Assembly: GCA_963808235.1 (NCBI GenBank)
Contig: CAWEEQ010000004.1
Span: 2,296,243-2,360,242, forward strand
Origin: an uncultured delta proteobacterium
GTDB lineage: Bacteria > Desulfobacterota > Binatia > Binatales > Binataceae
Direction of reading: 5' to 3'
DNA: 64,000 nt
Position 1 is the first letter of the stretch; every line of letters starts with the position of its first letter. Shown here piece after piece: positions 18,540-27,357 of the stretch. The notes beneath the pieces are model-generated. The model was given only the letters and a program-made list of their open reading frames with translations, was not told where the DNA came from and ran no database searches. Made by a program: the position numbers and the translations under genes.

Positions 18540-20087
18540 TCAGATGCCTCCGGCCGGTGCGCGCAGATCCTTGCGCAGGATCTTGCCGAGCGGATTTTTA
18601 GGCAGCGCGTCGATGAATTCGATGCTCTCGGGGCGCTTGAAGCTGGCAAGGCGAGATCGACAGAATTCCGCGAGCTCGGGCTGGCTTAGCTTCTGCCCCT
18701 TGCGCGCGACGACGAACGCCTTAACGGTCTGCCCCCACTCGATCGAAGGCACGCCGATAACGGCGCATTCGTCGACCGCTGGATGACTCATCAGGACGGT
18801 CTCGATTTCCGCGGGCGCGATATTCTCACCGCCGCGGATGATCATGTCGTCCTTGCGTCCGGCGAAAAACACGTAGCCGTCGTCGTCAAGCCATCCGAGG
18901 TCGCCGGTCGCGCGCCATCCGTCGGGCAATCGCGCGTCGTCCTCGCGGCCTGCGTATCCCTTCATGATGCGCGGGGTGCGGATTATTATTTCGCCGACCT
19001 GCCCGTGGGGGAGAAACTTTCCATCTTCGTCCCGCACCTGGATCTCGACGTCGGGCAGGGGCTTGCCGATCGAATTGAGACGCTTCAGCTTGAGTTCGAT
19101 TTCCTTGGCCGTGCCTTCAAGGCGATGGTCATCGGGGCCGAGCACGGTCAGCGAGGACGTGGTTTCGGTCTGCCCGTACGCGTTCACGAAGCCGACCTTT
19201 TTCGGGAAGACTTCGATCGCGCGGCGAATCACCTGCACCGGCATCGCGGCGCCGCCGTAGGCAAGATTCGTAAGACTCGCGAAGTCGGTCTTCGCAAACG
19301 ATGGCTCGTCGATAATCTGCTTCATCATGGTGGGCACCACGAAAGCATGGGTGACGCGTTCGCGCTGGACGAGCTCGAGCCACGCCTTCGCGTCGAACTG
19401 CGGCATCACGATAACTTTGCGCCCCGTCCAGATGTTGGTCATGTACGCGGTGGTGCCGGCGATGTGGTAAAAAGGCACGCACACCAGCGCAACGCCGCGA
19501 TCGGTGCCGTCGGCCATCTCGACGTTGGCGGTCACGTAGGCCGCGAAATCGCGAAAGCGCAGCATCACGCCCTTGGGCAGCGAGGTGGTGCCGCTGGTGT
19601 ACATCAGGATCGAAATATCTTCGTCTTCGACTTCGGCCTCGGAATCGTCGGGCTCGGCCTTCGCGACGAGATCCGCGAGCCGCACCATCCCTTTCGCGCC
19701 GTTGCCCAGCGCGACGATCTTGTCGAGCTTGAGCCGCGGCTGAATCCTGGCGATCAGATCGAGATAGCGATCGCCGACAATCAGAACCTTCGCGTCGGCG
19801 GTGTTGATCATGTACTCGAGCTCGTTATCTTTCGCGCGATAGTTGAGCGGCAGGAAAGTCAGGCCAGCCTTGGCGGCGCCGTAGTAGCACTCGATGTAAA
19901 GATCGGAATTGGTGTCGAGCACCGCGATGACATCGCGCGGCTTGAGACCGAACTGTTTGAAGACGGTGCTCAGGCGCGCGACTCGATCGTTCAGCTCAGC
20001 ATAAGTGAGCCGCGCCGCGCCGAAGACCAGGATCTCCTGCTCGGGCACGATCGACGCAGGGATCGTTACGAAGTTAACCGTGTTCAC
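18540..20087 (-). CDS. AMP-dependent acyl-CoA synthetase/ligase
   Basis: Adenylation motifs YTSGTTSLPKGVML, YGQTETT, GWLDDDGYVFFAGRKDD and a C-terminal LPKNPLGKILRKDL. Confidence 0.85.
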   Translation of the reverse strand: MNTVNFVTIPASIVPEQEILVFGAARLTYAELNDRVARLSTVFKQFGLKPRDVIAVLDTNSDLYIECYYGAAKAGLTFLPLNYRAKDNELEYMINTADAKVLIVGDRYLDLIARIQPRLKLDKIVALGNGAKGMVRLADLVAKAEPDDSEAEVEDEDISILMYTSGTTSLPKGVMLRFRDFAAYVTANVEMADGTDRGVALVCVPFYHIAGTTAYMTNIWTGRKVIVMPQFDAKAWLELVQRERVTHAFVVPTMMKQIIDEPSFAKTDFASLTNLAYGGAAMPVQVIRRAIEVFPKKVGFVNAYGQTETTSSLTVLGPDDHRLEGTAKEIELKLKRLNSIGKPLPDVEIQVRDEDGKFLPHGQVGEIIIRTPRIMKGYAGREDDARLPDGWRATGDLGWLDDDGYVFFAGRKDDMIIRGGENIAPAEIETVLMSHPAVDECAVIGVPSIEWGQTVKAFVVARKGQKLSQPELAEFCRSRLASFKRPESIEFIDALPKNPLGKILRKDLRAPAGGI

Positions 20088-20879
20088 TTAGGCGAGATTC
20101 CTCCCGGACGCCGGCATTTTCCGAGGCCTGGCCCGGCGGCGATTGTCGCGCGAATTTATGTTCTCAAATCGTTTCGCGAGGCGCTGTTCGAGTTCGAGTC
20201 CCTCCCGCAGAGGCAGATCGAGCCCTTCCCACACCGCCAGCTTGAGCATCGCGGCCTGCTCACGGGCGACTCCGCCAAGCTCGCGTGCAATGGTGAGAGC
20301 GCGTGCATCCAACTCTGCCAAGGGAACCACTTCGGCGACCAAACCTACAAGTAACGCGTCTTGGGCGTCAATCCAACGGCCGGTGAGACAGAGATCTAGC
20401 GCGCGCCCGAGGCCGAGACGACGCGCGGCGGTCTGAGTGCCGGCGACTCCGGGAATCATCCCGGCGCCGGTTTCGGGCAAGGAAATTCGAGTGTCGTCAG
20501 CGGCTATCGCAACGTCGCACAGCAGCGCCATCTCGAGTCCTCCGCCGACTGTGTAGCCGTGGATTGCGGCGACGGTCGGTATCGGCAGCGCTCGCATCAT
20601 GCCCCAAACGTCGCGGCGAAAGCGCACCCATCGCGCAACGATCGGCGACGGCGCCATCCCGAATTCCGCGAGATCGCCGCCGGTCGAGAACGCTTTGCCG
20701 GCGCCGCGCAGTACCATCGCGCGGACCGTGGAGTCCTCGTGAACCGCGGCGAGGATTTGAAACAGCTCGTCGCGCATCGCCATGTTGTAGGCGTTGAACT
20801 GATCGGGGCGATTGAGCGTGACCCACGCTACCGCGCCGCGCTTGGCGTACAGCACCGCACTGGAACCGTTTGAAGACAT
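20088..20879 (-). CDS. Enoyl-CoA hydratase/isomerase (crotonase)
   Basis: VAWVTLNRPDQFNA...VLRGAGKAFSTGGDL...VAAIHGYTVGGGLEMAL. Confidence 0.85.
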   Translation of the reverse strand: MSSNGSSAVLYAKRGAVAWVTLNRPDQFNAYNMAMRDELFQILAAVHEDSTVRAMVLRGAGKAFSTGGDLAEFGMAPSPIVARWVRFRRDVWGMMRALPIPTVAAIHGYTVGGGLEMALLCDVAIAADDTRISLPETGAGMIPGVAGTQTAARRLGLGRALDLCLTGRWIDAQDALLVGLVAEVVPLAELDARALTIARELGGVAREQAAMLKLAVWEGLDLPLREGLELEQRLAKRFENINSRDNRRRARPRKMPASGRNLA

Positions 20880-22438
20880 CAGCCCGAATGCAAGTCTGCG
20901 CTGTCGCTGCTCGCGATAGCGGGACGGCCGCGCTCATAAACAACGCGCCCGCCGACGATAGTTATATCGACCGCGAGGTTCATCAGGTCGGCGGGCGGGA
21001 GCGAAAACGGGTCGCGCGGGAGAACGATCAGGTCGGCGACGCGGCCGGGTTCGATCGAGCCGGCGGCGACTTGCCCGAGATGCGCGGCGTCAGTCGTGAA
21101 GAGCGCGAACGCATCGGTGATCGAAAGCGCCTCGGCGGGCGCAAGCTCGAGGCCCTCGAGCGTGGTGCGTGATACCGCGGACGCAATCGCGGCAAGCGGC
21201 CTGGCAGGCGTAACCGGCGCGTCGGTAGCCCCCGCAAGATGCACTCCCGCGGCTTTGAGGCTTCGCGCGCGGTAGAGATGTGCGATCAGGCCGCCCTCTT
21301 CGGCGTACTTCGCGCCGCGAAAATGAATGAAGCCGGGATTGGTGACGACCCAGGAATTCATCGCGGCGAGCCGGTCGATATAGTTGGGCGGGATCAGTCC
21401 GCCATGCTCGATGCGAAACCGCGGAATCTCGTTTCGGCCGGCGTATCCTGCCTTTGCGGTTTCAATAGCGGCCAGCGCTTCTTCCAGTTCCTCGACCTCG
21501 GTCACATGAAATGCGCAATCGAGTCCGCGCGCCAGCGCGATTCCAACAGGACGCGAAAGGCCGGCGCGATCGTACTGATAGCCGGGCATGAACTTGACTC
21601 CGGCGAGCCTGATTCCCGCGGCGCCCGCGATCTGTTCGCATCGCTCGGCGGTTTCGAGATGCTGCCCGCCGATCATCACGCCAACGTGCTGGCAAATTGC
21701 GCCCGACTGCGAAAGCTTCGCGAACAGTTCGACCTCGAAGAGACCGTTGCGAGTGGTCGCGTCGGTGAAGTTCGTCACGCCGGCCGCGGCCAATTCCCGG
21801 CTCATGATTCGCGCGCGCGATTCGGACTCCGCCGCGGTCACGGGCGGAAGATGCTGCGAGAGCCAGGTTTCCATGCCGACAACCAGGCCGGTCAACTTTC
21901 CGGCCGCGTCGCGAACCATGTTGGCACCGACGGGCTGCATGAAATCAGGAGCCTCGAGACCGAGCAGCGCGATCGCGCGCGAGTTGAGCCACGTCGCGTG
22001 TAGCGTCTGATGTTTGAGTCGCAGCGGATTCTTCGGCACCGAATGATCGAGCTCGGCGCGCGTCAGCCCGCGCTTGTCGAGCATCAGCGCCTCATCGCAT
22101 CCGAACGCGCGCAGCCAGTTTCCCGGCGGAGTCTTGCCGGCGGCGATTCGCAAATCGGCAAGCACGTCGCCAACCGCGCGGCATCGCTGCACAGAAATTC
22201 CCGTCGCGGCCGCAGCCGCTTCCAGAAAATGCAGATGCGAATCGATGAAGCCCGGCGCAACGGCGCGGCCCCCGAGTTTCAGCAGATGAGTTTGCGGTCC
22301 GACCAGCGGTTTTATTTCCGCGAATCTGCCCTGCGCGATGATTTGTCCGGCCGCGATTGCAATCGAGTCGACCCCCGGATGCCCGAGGACAAGACCTTCG
22401 TGCACAACCAGGTCGGCTTTCCCGGGGGCGGCGTCCAC
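20879..22438 (-). CDS. Amidohydrolase-3 family metal-dependent hydrolase
   Basis: GFIDSHLHF metal-binding motif near the N-terminus. The 519-aa length fits a TIM-barrel amidohydrolase. Confidence 0.75.
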   Translation of the reverse strand: MDAAPGKADLVVHEGLVLGHPGVDSIAIAAGQIIAQGRFAEIKPLVGPQTHLLKLGGRAVAPGFIDSHLHFLEAAAAATGISVQRCRAVGDVLADLRIAAGKTPPGNWLRAFGCDEALMLDKRGLTRAELDHSVPKNPLRLKHQTLHATWLNSRAIALLGLEAPDFMQPVGANMVRDAAGKLTGLVVGMETWLSQHLPPVTAAESESRARIMSRELAAAGVTNFTDATTRNGLFEVELFAKLSQSGAICQHVGVMIGGQHLETAERCEQIAGAAGIRLAGVKFMPGYQYDRAGLSRPVGIALARGLDCAFHVTEVEELEEALAAIETAKAGYAGRNEIPRFRIEHGGLIPPNYIDRLAAMNSWVVTNPGFIHFRGAKYAEEGGLIAHLYRARSLKAAGVHLAGATDAPVTPARPLAAIASAVSRTTLEGLELAPAEALSITDAFALFTTDAAHLGQVAAGSIEPGRVADLIVLPRDPFSLPPADLMNLAVDITIVGGRVVYERGRPAIASSDSADLHSG

Positions 22439-22492
22439 GTCGAATCGTTCACCTTCACCGCCTGCGCCGATGCGCGGCAGCGTTTCGATTTC

Positions 22493-22636
22493 CTAGTCGG
22501 AAGACGGAAGCGGCTTCGCTTCCTTGATTTTCATTTCGTTATCGCAACACTGCAGACCGCCGGGGCCGGCCTTGTTGCAGAGCACTTCGGTGCCGCATTT
22601 TTCGCACATGTAACGCTTGCCGAGTACGTTTGCCAT
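22493..22636 (-). CDS. Desulforedoxin-like (Dx) small metal-binding protein, 47 aa, unannotated mini-ORF
   Basis: Minus-strand ATG at 22634-22636 gives MANVLGKRYMCEKCGTEVLCNKAGPGGLQCCDNEMKIKEAKPLPSSD. It is a paralog of the 17583-17702 ORF with the same CxxC...CC pattern. Confidence 0.55.
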   Translation of the reverse strand: MANVLGKRYMCEKCGTEVLCNKAGPGGLQCCDNEMKIKEAKPLPSSD

Positions 22637-22693
22637 CTGGTCCGCTCCTGAAATCAGGCGATAAGCGCCTTTTGAGTAACTTAAAGTATCACT

Positions 22694-23692
22694 TCAATCT
22701 TGGCTGAACGGCAAATCGGTCACGATCGCGCTGCCGTCCGCATCGACTTTCAATTCGGTTCCCGGCCGCCAGGCGCTGTGATGCAAAATTGCGAGTCCGA
22801 TCGCACCCAATCGCGGCGAGCGAGTCGCGCTGCTCACCCGCCCGACTTCCTTGCCTTCGAGACTCAAGCCCGCGCCAAGCCTCCGCGATTCTTTAAACTT
22901 GAGTCCGAACATCCGTTTTTTCAAGCCGCCGCGCGCAGTCGCCCGCTCGATAGTTTCCTGCCCGAGGTAGCATCCCTTGTTCAGCGAGATCGCGCGATCG
23001 AGCCGCGCCTCGAGCGCGATCGTTTTGTCGAAGGTGTCGACGCCGACGCGCGCGACTCCATTCTCGATTCGTATCGCTTCGAGCACTGCGGAATCGATTC
23101 TGCGCGAATTCGGTATCGAGGTCAGAAGTTTGCCGACAATCGTGTCTACCTGCGCGCGCGGGGCAATAATCGATGCTGCAGGCGCGCCGAAGCGCGGCAG
23201 GTTCGCGACTCGAAGATCGCCGGTGAGCACCGCGCGCCACGCGGCAAGCGAACCCGCATCGTCGCCACCCACGATGCGCGCCGCGTCATGCGCCTTTGGA
23301 CCTTCGACATCGATAACCGACAAGTCCGGGCCGTCTTCGAATTCGACATCATCGGCAACCAGCAGGCGCTCGAGATGCGCCCGCGCGCGCGCCCACGCGT
23401 CGGCGTCGATATCCAGAATGAGCGCGTCGTCGGTTACCCAGACGAACAAGTCGGCGATCACGTGCGCGTGCTCGGTCAGAAACAGCGCCGGCAGGACCGA
23501 ACCGGGCTTGGCGCCCTTGATATCCGCACTGGACGTGCCGTGAAAGAACGACACGCGATCGTCGCCGACCACGCGCACCACCGTTCGGCCGTCGAGTATG
23601 CGAACGCCCACCGCCTTGATGACCGCATCGTAATCAGCGTCGAAGGCGGCCGCAGCGGAGCCGCGCTCGGGTGTCATTTCAAGATGGCCCAT
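22694..23692 (-). CDS. ygfZ: YgfZ/CAF17-family folate-binding Fe-S maintenance protein (GcvT fold)
   Basis: Signature KGCYLGQE (LNKGCYLGQETIERA) within an aminomethyltransferase-like fold. Confidence 0.7.
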   Translation of the reverse strand: MGHLEMTPERGSAAAAFDADYDAVIKAVGVRILDGRTVVRVVGDDRVSFFHGTSSADIKGAKPGSVLPALFLTEHAHVIADLFVWVTDDALILDIDADAWARARAHLERLLVADDVEFEDGPDLSVIDVEGPKAHDAARIVGGDDAGSLAAWRAVLTGDLRVANLPRFGAPAASIIAPRAQVDTIVGKLLTSIPNSRRIDSAVLEAIRIENGVARVGVDTFDKTIALEARLDRAISLNKGCYLGQETIERATARGGLKKRMFGLKFKESRRLGAGLSLEGKEVGRVSSATRSPRLGAIGLAILHHSAWRPGTELKVDADGSAIVTDLPFSQD

Positions 23693-23810
23693 ATCAGGAT
23701 CACGATACTAGAAAGTGGCTGTCTTGCGTACCGCAATGCGCTCATATTCTCGGTTTCATTTACGTCGTACAATTTGAATATAATCATGCGTTCCCGAAGG
23801 AGCCAAAAAT

Positions 23811-23948
23811 ATGGGCGCATTCATCCTCGGTCTGATTGTCGGCGTCGGCGGCGCGCTGGCGCTCTTCATCTACGATGAGGGTGATTTGTTTTTGAAGCTC
23901 TCCCGTCAAATTAAGCAAACGGCGGAACGCTACAAGCAAACGCCGTAG
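23811..23948 (+). CDS. Small hydrophobic protein (45 aa)
   Basis: Strong RBS AAGGAG lies 8 nt before the ATG. MGAFILGLIVGVGGALALFIY forms a TM helix. The gene sits immediately upstream of the secreted repeat protein. Confidence 0.4.
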   Translation: MGAFILGLIVGVGGALALFIYDEGDLFLKLSRQIKQTAERYKQTP

Positions 23949-23968
23949 GAGGGGCAGACTTAAGCCGC

Positions 23969-25459
23969 GTGATCAGAGGGATCGCGCATCCAGGGCGCGG
24001 TAGTACGCACCGCCGCCGCTTCTTTGCTTCCGCAGCCGGGGCGCTGTTGGCATTTGTGCTCACCCTGGGAGCTGCGCCGCGTTGTTACGCAGACGATGCG
24101 AGCACGCAGGCCCTGCAGTTGAGCGATCACGCATTCGCGATGCTCAACGCGATAAACGCTTCCGCCGCCGCCGGCAAGCCTGGACCGATACTCGAACCCG
24201 CGGCAAGCCTGGCCGGCGACGCGCAGACGCTTTCGACCGCGCTCGGCGCGCACGACAACGCGGCGGCGAGCAGCGCGATGGCCGCGGTGCTTGGCGACCG
24301 CGACCGAATCGAAGCGGCTGCGAAGGTTGCGGGCGGAGGCTATCCGGAAGAGTGGACCAGCATAAGAGAAAAAATCGCGGCGCTCGAAAAGGCGGTGCCC
24401 GCTGCCAAAGGCTCGACTGCATCCGCGATGCACGCTCTGATACCGGCCGTCTCGGTCGCTCCGCCGGCGGGTGAGAAATTGCCTGCCGCGCCAACCGTCT
24501 CGATCGGGTCGCGGGTCTTCAAGGGCGATGCGGTTCGGGTCAGGGGATATTTGGAAGGCACCGATTTGAAGTCGGCCGGGATTTTCGATGCCGACCAGAA
24601 GAGCAAGGACATCGAGGTCGCATCGACGCCCGGCGAGCAGCGAATCAATTTCGACTTCACGATCCAGCAGCCGTCGCAGACGCAATCGATTCGCGTCGCT
24701 GACGCGTACGGACGCGAAGCAAGCGCGATGATCGCGCCAGACCCTGCGGGCGTCGGCGCCATGAAGGGCGACGAGGAATTGATCGAGGTCGAGCCGAGTG
24801 CCGGGTCTTCATCAGGCATGGCTAGTGCCGAGCCTGACGATCGGCTCGCGTCAGCAGGTCCCGCGGGGGGCAACAATACCGCGGAGATTCCGCGCAGCAC
24901 CGATGCGCTCTCGCCGTCCCGTCGTCATATTGACGAAAGCCGCAATCTCGAGCCGTTAACGAACGTGCAGATCAACGTGCTCGACGCCGAAGAACTCATG
25001 TCGGCTCCCGGGATGGTACAGGTAGTCGGGCAAATCGCCGGACCGGGCGTGCTCCGCGCGGGCGTGTACGTCAACGGCAAGCTCGCCAAACCGATTCCTG
25101 TCAGCGCCGGCGGCTACAGCTCCTTCGACGTGACGTTTCCGATGCCGCCTGGCAGCGACGCGCGAATTCGCGCCTACGGCAACGGCAACTCTTTCGTGGA
25201 AGCGTCGATCGATACCGTCAGCGGAGGCGCCGGGATAACGGAGTACCGCAATCCTCCGATGTACACTTATCCGGGGTCGCCATATTACGCGCCAAATCCG
25301 TACGCCTACGCCAATCCCTATGCACCCGGCTACAATCCTTACGCGCCAAATCCTTATGGATACGCGCCCGGCTACGGACCGCCACCCTACGGCACGCCTT
25401 ACTACGGCACCCCGCCACCCACCGCGAACAAGCCGTGGTACAGCAAGCTGTTCCATTGA
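23969..25459 (+). CDS. Secreted protein with C-terminal Tyr/Pro-rich NPYAP-type repeats
   Basis: GTG start. RRRFF signal (possibly Tat) plus a hydrophobic helix. C-terminal YAPNPYAYANPYAPGYNPYAPNPYGYAPGYGPPPYGTPYYGTPPP. Confidence 0.5.
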   Translation: MIRGIAHPGRGSTHRRRFFASAAGALLAFVLTLGAAPRCYADDASTQALQLSDHAFAMLNAINASAAAGKPGPILEPAASLAGDAQTLSTALGAHDNAAASSAMAAVLGDRDRIEAAAKVAGGGYPEEWTSIREKIAALEKAVPAAKGSTASAMHALIPAVSVAPPAGEKLPAAPTVSIGSRVFKGDAVRVRGYLEGTDLKSAGIFDADQKSKDIEVASTPGEQRINFDFTIQQPSQTQSIRVADAYGREASAMIAPDPAGVGAMKGDEELIEVEPSAGSSSGMASAEPDDRLASAGPAGGNNTAEIPRSTDALSPSRRHIDESRNLEPLTNVQINVLDAEELMSAPGMVQVVGQIAGPGVLRAGVYVNGKLAKPIPVSAGGYSSFDVTFPMPPGSDARIRAYGNGNSFVEASIDTVSGGAGITEYRNPPMYTYPGSPYYAPNPYAYANPYAPGYNPYAPNPYGYAPGYGPPPYGTPYYGTPPPTANKPWYSKLFH

Positions 25460-25553
25460 CGCGCATGCCACCTGAACTTGCCGCGCCGGGCGGGCTTGCG
25501 TAGAATTTCCTTTCTCACTTAAACCTTCGCATCGCATCGAGAGTGTTCACCTA

Positions 25554-26117
25554 ATGCTGATTCAAGCGACGCAACTGCGCCCGGGTATGATCGTTGAATA
25601 CAACAACGACCTCTACCGCATCATGACCATCACCCACATCACGCCCGGCAACTGGCGCGGGATGGTGCAGACCAAGCTGCGCAACATCAAAACCGGCTCG
25701 CAGACCGAGAACCGCTTTCGCTCGGAAGATCGAGTCGAGCGCGTGATTCTGAATCAGCACACGATGCAGTTCCTTTACCAGGACGGCGACGATTTCCATT
25801 TCATGAACACCGAGAACTACGAGCAGATCACGATTCCGAAGGAACTGATCGAAGACGTGGTCGGATTCCTGACTCCGAACCTGGAAGTCGAAGTCGAGTT
25901 TTACGAGACCACGCCGCTCAACGTAACACTGCCCAAGACCGTCGCGCTCAAGGTGATGCAGACCGATCCGGGAATGAAAACTGCCGCGGTCAACAACACG
26001 CTCAAGCCCGCGACCCTCGAGACCGGGATGATCATCAACGTGCCGCACTTCGTAGCCGAGGGCGACACGATTACGATCAATACCGAAACGCACGAGTACC
26101 TCTCACGCTCGAAGTAA
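25554..26117 (+). CDS. efp: Elongation factor P
   Basis: 187 aa with the KOW-OB-OB pattern. MLIQATQLRPGMIVEYNNDLYRI...KLRNIKTG. Confidence 0.95.
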   Translation: MLIQATQLRPGMIVEYNNDLYRIMTITHITPGNWRGMVQTKLRNIKTGSQTENRFRSEDRVERVILNQHTMQFLYQDGDDFHFMNTENYEQITIPKELIEDVVGFLTPNLEVEVEFYETTPLNVTLPKTVALKVMQTDPGMKTAAVNNTLKPATLETGMIINVPHFVAEGDTITINTETHEYLSRSK

Positions 26118-26160
26118 CTCGGGCGATTAGCCGCGCGAGATCGCGGAATGAGCAAACCGT

Positions 26161-27351
26161 TTGATTCGCGCGCCACACGTAAAACGATCGCGAACTTCTC
26201 AAGCGCTGCGACGCAAGCCGGCGCGCGATCGCGCCGACGCTCGCGAACGAATCGAGCCCCATCCGATTCGACTCGGACCGAATCTCTACATCGCACATAC
26301 TCAGCCCGGTTTTGAGGCGGTCGCCTCCGACGAGATTGCGACCCGCATCGCCGGCGCTCGCGAGATAACCCGGCGCAGCGTGCCCGATCGCGCCGGCATG
26401 ACGATCTTCTTCGCACCCGCCGCGCAGAAGCTCGGCGCGCTTCGCACCGTCGAAGATCTGTTCGGATTGGCCGGTTATCGCCCCGGCCTTGCGCCGGAAA
26501 TGCAGACGCTGGAGAAAGTCCGCGCTGCGGCGCGTGAGGCTCCGCTCGTCGAGCCTGCGCTACAGTCCCGGGTCAAAATTTCACCGGGCGCGCGCGCAGG
26601 CAGACGGCTCAAGTTCCGGGTGATCGCAAGGATGGCCGGGGAGCACGAGTTTCGCCGAGTCGATTTTCAGCATGCGGTGGAACGCGGAATCGTGGAACGG
26701 ACCGATCACACCTGGCGCCTGGAAGAAGAAGACGCCGAGGTCGAGTTGTGGGCCACCATGATCGACTCGGAGTTCTTTCTGACCGTGCGACTCAGCGACG
26801 ACCGGATGCGGCATCGCGAATATAAGGCCGCGCATCGGCCGGCTTCGCTCCGCGCGTCAAGTGCGGCGGCGATGGCGTGGCTGTCCGAGCCGCGCGACGA
26901 CGATGTGGTGCTCGATCCTTTTTGCGGAGCGGGAACGATTCTGATCGAGCGCGCGCATCTGGGTAAGTACGCGATGCTCCTGGGCAGCGATCGTGACCAG
27001 GGCGCGCTCGCGGCCGCGCGAATCAACGTAGGCGCTCGCTACAAGCCGATACAGCTTGAACCTTGGGACGCGGCTGCGCTCCCGGTCGCCGACGCGAGCG
27101 TCAGCAAAATAGTCACCAACCTGCCGTGGGGAATCCGCTACGGTTCGCACGGCGAGAATCGAAAACTCTATCCCCAATGGTTCCGCGAGTTCGCGCGCGT
27201 GCTCAAAAACGGCGGCACGACGGTGATCCTCACCGCGGAATGGCGGCTGATGCGCGATCTCGAGCGCAGCCATAAGATTGCGCCGGGCAAGATCATCCGC
27301 GTGTCGATCCTCGGCACGCCCGCTTCCGTGTATGTAATCAAAAAGTCGTAG
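26161..27351 (+). CDS. THUMP-domain SAM-dependent RNA methyltransferase (UPF0020/RlmL-like)
   Basis: Methyltransferase motifs VVLDPFCGAGTILIE and NLPWG. N-terminal THUMP-like region. TTG start and an Arg-rich N-terminus make the start uncertain. Confidence 0.65.
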   Translation: MIRAPHVKRSRTSQALRRKPARDRADARERIEPHPIRLGPNLYIAHTQPGFEAVASDEIATRIAGAREITRRSVPDRAGMTIFFAPAAQKLGALRTVEDLFGLAGYRPGLAPEMQTLEKVRAAAREAPLVEPALQSRVKISPGARAGRRLKFRVIARMAGEHEFRRVDFQHAVERGIVERTDHTWRLEEEDAEVELWATMIDSEFFLTVRLSDDRMRHREYKAAHRPASLRASSAAAMAWLSEPRDDDVVLDPFCGAGTILIERAHLGKYAMLLGSDRDQGALAAARINVGARYKPIQLEPWDAAALPVADASVSKIVTNLPWGIRYGSHGENRKLYPQWFREFARVLKNGGTTVILTAEWRLMRDLERSHKIAPGKIIRVSILGTPASVYVIKKS

Positions 27352-27357
27352 CGACTC

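Noticed and set aside
18783-20354. 523-aa plus-strand ORF opposite the acyl-CoA ligase
   Set aside because: It has an Arg/Gly/His-rich composition and no domain. The sense-strand ligase has all adenylation motifs.
22700-23878. 392-aa plus-strand ORF opposite ygfZ
   Set aside because: Antisense to the KGCYLGQE-containing gene. It has an Arg-rich composition.
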